Origin: an uncultured bacterium
GTDB taxonomy: Bacteria > Zixibacteria > MSB-5A5 > CAIYYT01
Assembly (NCBI GenBank): GCA_963698225.1
Contig: CAVOPW010000003.1
Span: forward strand, 24,482 to 88,481
Direction of reading: 5' to 3'
Length of the DNA: 64,000 bases
Notes under the pieces: generated by a model
Told to the model about the DNA's origin: nothing
The model's database searches: none
What the model saw: the letters and a program-made list of their open reading frames with translations, nothing else
Shown here: positions 50,415 to 59,280 of the stretch, one piece after another
Layout of the letters: each line of letters begins with the position of its first letter
How positions within the stretch are numbered: the stretch's first letter is position 1
Made by a program: the position numbers and the translations under genes

Positions 50415-51381
50415 CCTAATCAATAGCATCATTGGCCGAATGAAGCAGGGCGGCAAGGTCTTGATCGTTTCGCATATCAGTCCGGATGGCGATTCGATCG
50501 GCTCGCAACTGGCACTGTACGAATTGGTCAGGCGGCTGGGTTGCGACCCGATGATCATCAATCACGACAGCGCCTTTCCCAAGTATGCGTTCCTGGGCAA
50601 GCACACCGCGGTCAACGTCTATGATGCCGGAACATCCTATCCAGAGTTCGACTTCGCAGTGATACTGGAATCTCCGGATCTTGATCGAATCGGCAATGTG
50701 CACAATTTGCTCTCGCCTGCTTCCGAGGTCATAAACATCGATCATCACCGGGGTAATACGATGTACGGAACCATCAACTGGGTCGATGAGTCAGTGGCTG
50801 CGGTCGGGATCATGGTCTATGAGTTGTTCAAGACCGCCGGCGTACAGATTGACAGCGATGTTGCGGACGAACTATTTACGGCAATCCTCACGGACACCGG
50901 CCGCTTCCGATTTGGCAGCACGAACCCGCAAGCCATGCGCGTCTGCGCGGACTTGTTGGAACAGGGCGCATCGACGAAGAAAATCAGTGACGCACTCTAT
51001 GCCACCTATGAATCAAGTCAGCTGCGGATGTTGGGCGAACTGCTGGCGACGATGGAGCTGCATCATAACGGTCAGAGTTGCCTGTTGCTCTCGGATAAGG
51101 CGATTCGCGACAAGTACATCAACGGATCGGACGAACTGGAAGGACTATCGGAGTATTCGCTCTATACCAAGGGTGTAAAAATCGGCGCGCTGCTGCGCGA
51201 AACCGAACCGAACCGCACCAAGGTATCGCTTCGCTGTCATGAGGATTACGATGTCGCGGCGATTGCGGCTGCGTACGGCGGTGGTGGACATCGCAACGCC
51301 GCCGGATGCACAGTGATGCTTCCGTTTGCGCAGGCCAAGGAACGCGTACTGGCGCAAATTCGGGGGGCGCTGGGACTATGA
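50395..51381 (+). CDS. nrnA: DHH-family bifunctional oligoribonuclease/pAp phosphatase NrnA
   Basis: DHH motifs VSHISPDGDSIGS and NIDHHRGN. DHHA1 with GGGGHRNAAG. Start at Met73 of track ORF 50179..51381. Confidence 0.8.
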   Translation: MTANRNSLINSIIGRMKQGGKVLIVSHISPDGDSIGSQLALYELVRRLGCDPMIINHDSAFPKYAFLGKHTAVNVYDAGTSYPEFDFAVILESPDLDRIGNVHNLLSPASEVINIDHHRGNTMYGTINWVDESVAAVGIMVYELFKTAGVQIDSDVADELFTAILTDTGRFRFGSTNPQAMRVCADLLEQGASTKKISDALYATYESSQLRMLGELLATMELHHNGQSCLLLSDKAIRDKYINGSDELEGLSEYSLYTKGVKIGALLRETEPNRTKVSLRCHEDYDVAAIAAAYGGGGHRNAAGCTVMLPFAQAKERVLAQIRGALGL

Positions 51382-52331
51382 ACGGATTTCTCCTGATCGA
51401 CAAGCACGAGGGGATTAGCTCTGCGCACGCCGTAAATCGAGTCAAGCGGCTGCTCAAGGTCTCGAAGGCAGGGCACAGCGGCACCCTGGATCCGCTGGCT
51501 ACGGGATTACTGGTCGTCTGTCTGGGGAAAGCGACGCGCCTGGCGCAATTTTTGAGCGAGGCGAGCAAGAGTTATGAGGCGCAGATCATGCTGGGCGGGA
51601 AGTCAACGACTTATGACCGGGACGGCGAAATTACACCGGTCGAACAGGCGCCGGTGCCGACCCTGGAATCGGTGCAAGCAGAGGCTGCGAAGTTTGTTGG
51701 GACTTTCGAACAACGGGCACCGCTTTATTCGGCGTTGAAGCACAAGGGGAAGCCGCTCTACGCGTATGCACGCAAGAATATCCCGGTCGAACTCAAGGTC
51801 CGCAGTGTACACATCGATTCGCTTCGAATTGTCAGTTACTCCTATCCGCTCTTGAACATCAGTGTGCGGTGCTCATCCGGGACCTACATTCGCAGCCTTG
51901 CCCACGATATCGGCGAGCTGCTTGGTTGCGGCGGCTACATCTATGGTCTGCGTCGCACGAGTATCGGCGGATTGGACGTCGCCAACGCTATTTTGATGGC
52001 GGATCTGGAATTGGCGGCGAAACAACATGAAGCTGATACCGCCGCATTGCTCACGGACGAGCGTTTCGTCCGCAGTTTTGGCTCAATCGAACGCGTCTTG
52101 AATCTGCCGATAATTTATGTTTCTGCTGAGCGGGAGAATTTCGTCGACCGCGGTGTACCTATCCGTGGCCTCGATGTTATCAATATGGATATCCGCATTC
52201 GCCCCCGCGATCTGGTGGCTCTGCGAAATGCCGACAACCGCCTGCTGGCCGTCGGCCGGGCTCTGTACGGAAGTGATACACTGCGCGGAATGGCGGATGA
52301 AACCGTTGTCGAATATGTCAGGGTGATGTAG
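51378..52331 (+). CDS. truB: tRNA pseudouridine(55) synthase TruB
   Basis: GFLLIDKHEGISS, GHSGTLDPLATGLLVVCLGKATR and a PUA-like C-terminus. Start at Met25 of track ORF 51306. Confidence 0.9.
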   Translation: MNGFLLIDKHEGISSAHAVNRVKRLLKVSKAGHSGTLDPLATGLLVVCLGKATRLAQFLSEASKSYEAQIMLGGKSTTYDRDGEITPVEQAPVPTLESVQAEAAKFVGTFEQRAPLYSALKHKGKPLYAYARKNIPVELKVRSVHIDSLRIVSYSYPLLNISVRCSSGTYIRSLAHDIGELLGCGGYIYGLRRTSIGGLDVANAILMADLELAAKQHEADTAALLTDERFVRSFGSIERVLNLPIIYVSAERENFVDRGVPIRGLDVINMDIRIRPRDLVALRNADNRLLAVGRALYGSDTLRGMADETVVEYVRVM

Positions 52332-53270
52332 GTGCAGGTATTTCGTTCGATTGAAGAGGCCGCGCCGATGATGGCTGCCGGAAGCGCCGTGACGATCGGC
52401 AATTATGACGGCATTCACCTGGCACACCAGTCGATAATTTTCGAACTCTCGCGCAGGGGCAAGGAGCGAGGTCTGAAGTCGGTCCTGGTGACTTTTGATC
52501 CACATCCGTCGCTGACGATAAAGCCGGAAACGGCGCCGAGACTCCTGACGACGACGGAGGAAAAGCTACGGATATTGAGACAGGGTGGCCTGCTTGATGC
52601 CGTAGTAGTGCTGCGTTTCGATCGGGACTTAGCGAGCGTCAGTGCCACTGACTTTCTGGTTCGATACTTGTTGGCCGGGTTAAGGATGTCGATTCTTGTA
52701 ATCGGGTTTAATCACGCGTTCGGCAATCAACGCGAGGGCAATGTGCGGTTTGTGGAGGGAATGGCCCCAAAGTACGGATTCCAGCTGCAATCGTTGGCGC
52801 CGGTGCTTGTTGGCGGTGAGATGGTGAACAGTAGCCGCATTCGCAGCCTCATTGTGGAAGGTGCGTATGATCGCGCGACAGCACTGCTGGGGCATGAATT
52901 GGAGTTATCCGGCCAGGTGGTGCACGGTAAGGGCATGGGGCGAAAACTCGGTTTTCCGACGATAAATGTCAAATTACCGAAGGAGAAAATTGTTCCAAAA
53001 GCCGGAGTTTATGCCGCGTATTCTTTAATTGGGTCTGACAAGCAGCCGGGAATGATGTATATTGGCGAGACGCCTCAGCCCGGATTCGATCTCGAAGTCA
53101 ACTTGTTTGACTTTGTCGGCGATCTTTACGGCCAAACTGTGAGTGTTTTTCCCACCGCGTATGTTCGACCGCCGATGCGGTTTGCGCGGGATTCCGAATT
53201 GATCGATCAAATCGGCCAAGATGAAGAGATGATACGAATGAATAATGAGATAAGGCAAAATAAGGAGTAG
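52332..53270 (+). CDS. ribF: Bifunctional riboflavin kinase / FMN adenylyltransferase
   Basis: FAD-synthetase N-terminus ([16 protein letters not shown]) and riboflavin-kinase C-terminus ([15 protein letters not shown]...MMYIGETP). GTG start. Confidence 0.9.
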   Translation: MQVFRSIEEAAPMMAAGSAVTIGNYDGIHLAHQSIIFELSRRGKERGLKSVLVTFDPHPSLTIKPETAPRLLTTTEEKLRILRQGGLLDAVVVLRFDRDLASVSATDFLVRYLLAGLRMSILVIGFNHAFGNQREGNVRFVEGMAPKYGFQLQSLAPVLVGGEMVNSSRIRSLIVEGAYDRATALLGHELELSGQVVHGKGMGRKLGFPTINVKLPKEKIVPKAGVYAAYSLIGSDKQPGMMYIGETPQPGFDLEVNLFDFVGDLYGQTVSVFPTAYVRPPMRFARDSELIDQIGQDEEMIRMNNEIRQNKE

Positions 53271-53275
53271 TAAAA

Positions 53276-53545
53276 GTGCCACTGTCAAAAGACAAGAAAC
53301 AAGAAATCATCGGCCATTTCCGGCTGCATGACACCGACACCGGTTCTCCGGAAGTCCAGATTTCACTTCTGACTCAGAGAATCAATGAGATGACCCTGCA
53401 CATGCAGAAAAATCCGAAAGATATGCATTCGCGGTACGGGTTGCTCAAAATGGTCGGACGCCGCAGAAGACTGCTGAACTATCTGCGCAAGCACGACATA
53501 GAAGGATATCGTCATTTGGTCAGTCAGCTCGACCTGCGGCGCTAA
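53276..53545 (+). CDS. rpsO: 30S ribosomal protein S15
   Basis: 89 aa. ...[48 protein letters not shown]... is canonical S15. Confidence 0.93.
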   Translation: MPLSKDKKQEIIGHFRLHDTDTGSPEVQISLLTQRINEMTLHMQKNPKDMHSRYGLLKMVGRRRRLLNYLRKHDIEGYRHLVSQLDLRR

Positions 53546-53572
53546 GAACAAGTAGAAGGATAAGGAAAATTA

Positions 53573-55756
53573 ATGCAAACATTCTCAATTGAACTGGGTG
53601 GCCGGACTCTCTCCGTCGAAATCGGTCGTGTCGCCCGACAGGCCGATGGCTCTTGCTGGGTGCGCTATGGTGACACGGTTAGTATGACCGCTGTCTGCGC
53701 CGCTGACAAGCCTGACTTTGGCAAGGGTTATTTCCCGCTCTCCGTGGATTATCGCGAGAAGACCTATGCTGCCGGAAAGATTCCCGGCGGCTTTTTCAAG
53801 CGCGAGGGTCGTCCCTCCGAAAAGGAGATTCTGTCCGCGCGTTTGATCGACCGCCCGTTCCGCCCGTTGTTTCCCGAAGGCTATTGCAACGAAGTGCAGG
53901 TGATGGTAACGACACTGTCTTCGGATCAGGAAAACGACGCAGACATCCTGGGTATCATCGGCACCTCGGTGTGTCTGAACATTGCCACGGTCCCGTTTAC
54001 GGTGCCGATTGGCGCTGTACGCGTAGGACTCATTGACGGCGAGTTTGTCGTCAATCCGACTTTTGCGCAGCTGGAAGTCTCCGATTTGAATCTGGTTATT
54101 GCAGCTACCGCTGAACATATCATGATGGTCGAGGGCGGCTGTGCGGAGATCAGCGAAGATCAGATGCTGGACGCTCTGGCGTTCGGCCACGAGCAGATTC
54201 GCAAGATCTGCAAGATGGTCGCGGAAATCCGCGCTGCGGTCGGAAAACCGAAGGCTGCGGTGATTTTGCCGGAAATACCAGCCGCACTATTTGGTCGCGT
54301 TGAAGCACTCGCCAAAGATCGCATTGTCGCATCGCACGATATCCATGATAAACAGGCTCATAGTGATGCTGTTAAGCAGATCAGAGAAGACGTGCTCAAG
54401 GCGCTTGAAGCGGAATTTCCCGAAAATGAAATGTGGATCAAGCAGTATCTCGAAAAGCTCGAGCAGGACGACCTGCGGGCTCGCATTCTTGATCGCAGCC
54501 TGCGTATCGACGGCCGTGATCTCGACACGATCCGCCCGATCGTTTGCGAAGTAGGAGTTCTGCCGCGCACGCACGGATCGGCGATTTTCACGCGCGGACA
54601 GACGCAAGCCCTGGTCGTCACGACACTCGGCACCAAGATGGACGAGCAAATCGTTGACGCGCTCGAGGGCGAGTCCAAGAAGAGCTATATGCTGCACTAC
54701 AACTTCCCGCCGTACTCGGTCGGCGAGGTGAGACCCAATCGCGGCCCCGGCCGCCGGGAAATCGGCCATGGCGCCTTGGCCGAGCGCTCGCTTGAGCCGG
54801 TACTTCCGGCCGAAGACGCTTTCCCGTATACGATTCGAATCGTTTCCGACGTCCTGGAATCAAACGGTTCGTCTTCGATGGCGACGGTTTGTGGCGGCAC
54901 GCTGTGCCTGATGGATGCCGGCGTTCCGATCAAGGCACCGGTTGCCGGCATTGCCATGGGCCTGGTGCTTGATGGCAGCCGCTACGCCGTGCTTACCGAT
55001 ATTCTCGGTAACGAAGATCACTTCGGTGATATGGATTTCAAGGTCGCCGGCACACGCGACGGTATTACTGCATTCCAGCTCGATATCAAGATCGGCGGTC
55101 TGACTCTGGAAATCATGCGCAACGCGCTTGACAAGGCGAAGATCGCCCGTTTCAAGATCCTCGAGGCCATGGAACAGACCATTGCAACGCCGCGGACTGA
55201 TCTGTCGATTTATGCTCCACGCATCATCACGATCAAGATCAGACAAGACAGAATCGGCGAGGTCATTGGACCCGGCGGCAAGATGATCCGTTCGATTATT
55301 GAAGCCACCGGAGCGAAGATTGACATCGACGACGACGGAACCGTGGTTATCGCTTCCGTAGATGCGACCGCAGGTATCAAGGCGCGCGACACGATTCTGG
55401 CCCTTCTGGAAGAGCCGGAAGTCAACAAGGTGTATCAGGGCAAGGTCAAGCGGATCGCCGAATTTGGTGCGTTTGTTGAAATTATCCCGAACACCGACGG
55501 TTTGCTTCACGTTTCCGAAATTGCCCATCACCGAATTGATCGTGTCGAAGATGTCATGCAGGTTGGCGATATCATCGAAGTGAAGGTTCTCTCCGTTGAA
55601 CCCGACGGCAAGATTCGACTTTCCAAAAAGGCGCTTCTTCCGCGTCCGGAAGGAATGCCGGAGCCGGAAGAGAGAAGCGGCGACAGTGGCGGTTATCGCC
55701 GGCGTGACAGCGGAGGCGGCGGACATCGCGGCGGTCCACGGCGGGAGCGTCGTTAG
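53573..55756 (+). CDS. pnp: Polyribonucleotide nucleotidyltransferase (PNPase) with an Arg/Gly-rich C-terminal tail
   Basis: Two RNase PH domains, KH (IGPGGKMIRSI) and S1 (VYQGKVKRIAEFGAFVEI). C-terminal ...RRRDSGGGGHRGGPRRERR. Confidence 0.95.
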   Translation: MQTFSIELGGRTLSVEIGRVARQADGSCWVRYGDTVSMTAVCAADKPDFGKGYFPLSVDYREKTYAAGKIPGGFFKREGRPSEKEILSARLIDRPFRPLFPEGYCNEVQVMVTTLSSDQENDADILGIIGTSVCLNIATVPFTVPIGAVRVGLIDGEFVVNPTFAQLEVSDLNLVIAATAEHIMMVEGGCAEISEDQMLDALAFGHEQIRKICKMVAEIRAAVGKPKAAVILPEIPAALFGRVEALAKDRIVASHDIHDKQAHSDAVKQIREDVLKALEAEFPENEMWIKQYLEKLEQDDLRARILDRSLRIDGRDLDTIRPIVCEVGVLPRTHGSAIFTRGQTQALVVTTLGTKMDEQIVDALEGESKKSYMLHYNFPPYSVGEVRPNRGPGRREIGHGALAERSLEPVLPAEDAFPYTIRIVSDVLESNGSSSMATVCGGTLCLMDAGVPIKAPVAGIAMGLVLDGSRYAVLTDILGNEDHFGDMDFKVAGTRDGITAFQLDIKIGGLTLEIMRNALDKAKIARFKILEAMEQTIATPRTDLSIYAPRIITIKIRQDRIGEVIGPGGKMIRSIIEATGAKIDIDDDGTVVIASVDATAGIKARDTILALLEEPEVNKVYQGKVKRIAEFGAFVEIIPNTDGLLHVSEIAHHRIDRVEDVMQVGDIIEVKVLSVEPDGKIRLSKKALLPRPEGMPEPEERSGDSGGYRRRDSGGGGHRGGPRRERR

Positions 55757-57034
55757 TTGACCACGAGCGAGCACCGGCGTACTCTCTTGGATAACGGCGT
55801 TCGCGTCGTGTCTGAAAGTATGCCCTATCTGAAATCGGCATCGATCGGCATCTGGGTCGATGTCGGGAGCCGCAATGAATTGCCGCGGGAAAACGGTATC
55901 TCGCACTTCATCGAACATATGTGCTTCAAGGGTACCGAGAAGCGCACTGCCAAGGAAATCGCCCAGAGTCTTGAGATTCTGGGCGGTTCGCTCAATGCGT
56001 TTACCAGCCGTGAAAATACCTGTTATTACTGCCGTGTCATCGACGAAAATTTCGACACCGGGTTTGATGTCTTAGCCGACCTGGTGACCAACTCTCTGTT
56101 CGACCCCACCGAGCTTGAGCGCGAGAAGGAAGTCATCTGCGAGGAGATCAAAGATGTCTTTGATACCCCTGCCGAACTTGTGCATGACTATTTTGCCGGC
56201 GCATTGTGGAATCCACATCCATTGGGGCAGACGATCATGGGCGAGGCAGACGGAATCCGCAAGCTTACCCGTGCGGATGTGCTGGATTACATTCGGCGCA
56301 ACTACACGACCGACAAAGTCGTAGTGGCGGCCGCCGGCGCGATTGACCACGATCATCTGGTGGCGCTGACCAGGGACAAACTCCGGATCAGCCAGCCGAA
56401 TGGGCCGGAACCGCTCAATGCGCCACAGTATGATACGGGAAAGAGAATTGTCCTTAACCGCGATCTGAACCAGACGCATATCTGCCTGGGATTTCCGAGC
56501 ATCAGCTTCGCTGACAAGAACAAGTACGCGATGTTGATTCTCAACACATTGCTGGGAAGCGGCATGGGATCGCGCTTGTTTCAGTCGGTGCGCGAAGAGC
56601 GCGGGCTGGTCTATACGATTTACTCGTACCAGGATTTCTACAAGGACACGGGATTATTCGGGATCTATCTCGGCACCGACACAAAAAAGGCGAAGAAAGC
56701 GCTAAATGTGGTCCTTGAAGAACTCGCCAAAGTCAAAACGGATTCAGTCACAGAACTGGAAGTTGCGAATACCAAGTCGCAACTGAAGGGGAACTTATTG
56801 CTTTCACTCGAAGGCTCCTACAACCGGATGAACCGCCTCGCGCGTCACGAACTCTTTGCCAATCACTTTGTTTCGCTTGAAGAAACGGCCGCAGAGATTG
56901 ATGCGGTGCAGCTTGAAGATGTGCGAGCAATGGCGCAGAAAATCTTCGACGAACGATTCCTGACGATGGTGGCTCTTGGCTCGGCCAAGGAATCGCTGAT
57001 CAAACAGGTCGATTGGTCGGTACTTAAGAGCTAA
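55757..57034 (+). CDS. M16-family zinc peptidase (insulinase-like)
   Basis: Inverted zinc motif HFIEHMCFKGT...E. Peptidase_M16 and M16_C domains. TTG start directly after pnp. Conserved pnp-pepR-type synteny. Confidence 0.85.
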   Translation: MTTSEHRRTLLDNGVRVVSESMPYLKSASIGIWVDVGSRNELPRENGISHFIEHMCFKGTEKRTAKEIAQSLEILGGSLNAFTSRENTCYYCRVIDENFDTGFDVLADLVTNSLFDPTELEREKEVICEEIKDVFDTPAELVHDYFAGALWNPHPLGQTIMGEADGIRKLTRADVLDYIRRNYTTDKVVVAAAGAIDHDHLVALTRDKLRISQPNGPEPLNAPQYDTGKRIVLNRDLNQTHICLGFPSISFADKNKYAMLILNTLLGSGMGSRLFQSVREERGLVYTIYSYQDFYKDTGLFGIYLGTDTKKAKKALNVVLEELAKVKTDSVTELEVANTKSQLKGNLLLSLEGSYNRMNRLARHELFANHFVSLEETAAEIDAVQLEDVRAMAQKIFDERFLTMVALGSAKESLIKQVDWSVLKS

Positions 57035-57858
57035 TGTGGTACCTGCTTGCCATCGCTCTATCGATAGTCTCTCTGATCTTAGTAATATCCTTTGCTTGGG
57101 GCCGTCAGCTTAAGAAGTCCCCGAAAGTACTACTGCTTCACGGTCTAAGCTCAGATAGTTTCGGCATGGGCGGCATTTCGCTTCAACGCTTTGAGCAGCT
57201 GTTGAGAGTGATCGCTGATACCGGCCTGACGGTTGGTACGCCGGCGGAAGCACTTCGCGATCACACCAAAATTGCGATAACGTTTGACGACGGTTACGAC
57301 GACTTGATGCAGCTGGAGCCGCTATTGCGCCAGTGGCCAGTTCCAATTACTGTATTCATTCCAACAGCGTACATCGGCAGGCGTAACGACTGGGATCACT
57401 TCCTCGCCGGTGGACTTCGCAAGCATCTCACCGAGGAGCAAATTCGTGCACTCGCCGGAATAGGTGTTCGATTTGGTACGCATGGACACTTTCACCGGGA
57501 TTTGACAACGGTCGGGGAGCCGGAGATTCAATCCGAGCTTGAACGTTCGAGGGAAATCTTGTTCGATCTTACAGGCCAGCACGTTGATGAACTCGCCTAT
57601 CCCTTTGGCCGCAGCAATCAGCGCGTTCGCGAACTGGCAGCGAGACTCGGATTGACTCGGCAGTTTGGTTCCTCTGCGCGATCGACCGGCGGAGAGTTAA
57701 TCGGCAGAATCTCCATAACGAGGCTCGACAACGCTTTCACATTTCGAGGGAAACTCGGCGGCGGGTTCGTTGCCGGGGTAGAGGCGCTCAAGTCCGCGGT
57801 AATAAGCCGCTTTTCGCATCTAACACCGGTTGCCAACAGCCAATCCCGAGCGGCCTGA
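57034..57858 (+). CDS. Polysaccharide deacetylase-family (NodB-homology) membrane-anchored protein
   Basis: N-terminal TM. NodB motifs TFDDGYDD and HGHFH(R). Start overlaps the M16 stop. Confidence 0.7.
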   Translation: MWYLLAIALSIVSLILVISFAWGRQLKKSPKVLLLHGLSSDSFGMGGISLQRFEQLLRVIADTGLTVGTPAEALRDHTKIAITFDDGYDDLMQLEPLLRQWPVPITVFIPTAYIGRRNDWDHFLAGGLRKHLTEEQIRALAGIGVRFGTHGHFHRDLTTVGEPEIQSELERSREILFDLTGQHVDELAYPFGRSNQRVRELAARLGLTRQFGSSARSTGGELIGRISITRLDNAFTFRGKLGGGFVAGVEALKSAVISRFSHLTPVANSQSRAA

Positions 57859-57966
57859 CGCGCCCGCCGTTTGACAATTCGGTCGCCTCACTTCACCAAA
57901 AATAGCTTGCGCGCGTTAGTTAATGTCCTATTTTCATCGAAAGTTTTTTTTCGAGCGAGATTCAGT

Positions 57967-59262
57967 ATGAACACATGCTACATTGAGAATATCAGCGAAT
58001 TTGTTGGTCAGGAAGTGACCTTAAAGGGCTGGGTCTACAATACCCGGTCTTCGGGAAAGATCCGCTTCATCATATTCCGCGACGGCACCGGAATGATTCA
58101 GGCGGTAATCGTCAAGAGTGAAGTGTCCGAAGAAGTCTTCAACCGATTCGATCAGTTAACGCAGGAGACTTCGATCGAAATCACCGGAACCGTGAAGGAA
58201 GAACCGCGCTCGGTCGGGGGATTTGAGCTATTGCTAAAAGACCTCCAGATCGTTCAGGTGGCGACGGAGTATCCGATTACGCCAAAAGAACATTCGACCG
58301 GATTCCTGATGGAACATCGCCACTTGTGGTTACGCTCGACCCGGCAGTGGCACATCATGCGGGTGCGCAACGAGATTATCCAGGCTATTCGCCAGTATTT
58401 CTACGAGCGCAAGTATGTCCTGATTGACACTCCGATCCTCACCGGTGCGATAGGGGAGGGCGCCTCGACGCTTTTTGAGACGCAGTACTTCGATATTGGC
58501 AAGGCGTACCTGGCACAAACCGGACAGTTGTATCTGGAGGCGGCCTGCATGTCGCACGGAAAAGTGTACTGCTTTGGCCCGACGTTTCGTGCCGAAAAAT
58601 CCAAGACCCGCCGTCACCTGACCGAGTTTTGGATGATTGAAGCCGAAGTCGCGTACATGGACATCGTGGGCGACATGGATCTTCAGGAGGACATGATCTG
58701 CTACGTTATTGACTGGGTGCTGGAGAAGGCATCAGATCATCTGGTGGCTCTCGAACGCGACGTGATGAAGCTCATTTCGGTTAAGAAACCGTTTTATCGT
58801 ATCAGTTATGACGAAGCCGTCGAGCGTTTGCAGAAAGTCGGCTCGAAGATCACATGGGGTATGGACCTCGGCGGTGAGGATGAAACTGTTCTTACGAACA
58901 TGTTCGACCGGCCGATCTTCATCTATCAGTATCCCCGGGAGGCGAAGGCGTTCTACATGAAGCGCAATCCGGAACGGCCGGAGGTCGTGATGTGCGCCGA
59001 CCTGCTTGCCCCCGAAGGCTATGGTGAGATTATTGGCGGGTCCCAGCGCGAAGACAACCTGGAATGGCTGATTGAATCAATCAAACACCACAATCTGCCG
59101 CTGGAGCCGTTTGAGTGGTATCTGGATTTGCGGCGATATGGTTCAGTGCCGCACTCCGGCTTTGGCCTGGGAATCGAGCGGACGGTGGCGTGGATCTGTG
59201 GTTTGCCCCATGTTCGTGAGACGATTCCATTTGCGCGGATGTTGTATCGACTTTACCCGTAA
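57967..59262 (+). CDS. asnS: Asparagine--tRNA ligase (short form)
   Basis: Class II aaRS motifs: motif 2 FRAEKSKTRRHLTEFWMIEAE, motif 3 GFGLGIERTVAWICG. OB-fold N-terminus. About 430 aa, typical of AsnRS rather than AspRS. Start at Met33 of track ORF 57871. Confidence 0.8.
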   Translation: MNTCYIENISEFVGQEVTLKGWVYNTRSSGKIRFIIFRDGTGMIQAVIVKSEVSEEVFNRFDQLTQETSIEITGTVKEEPRSVGGFELLLKDLQIVQVATEYPITPKEHSTGFLMEHRHLWLRSTRQWHIMRVRNEIIQAIRQYFYERKYVLIDTPILTGAIGEGASTLFETQYFDIGKAYLAQTGQLYLEAACMSHGKVYCFGPTFRAEKSKTRRHLTEFWMIEAEVAYMDIVGDMDLQEDMICYVIDWVLEKASDHLVALERDVMKLISVKKPFYRISYDEAVERLQKVGSKITWGMDLGGEDETVLTNMFDRPIFIYQYPREAKAFYMKRNPERPEVVMCADLLAPEGYGEIIGGSQREDNLEWLIESIKHHNLPLEPFEWYLDLRRYGSVPHSGFGLGIERTVAWICGLPHVRETIPFARMLYRLYP

Positions 59263-59280
59263 TCGGACGACAATAGTTTT

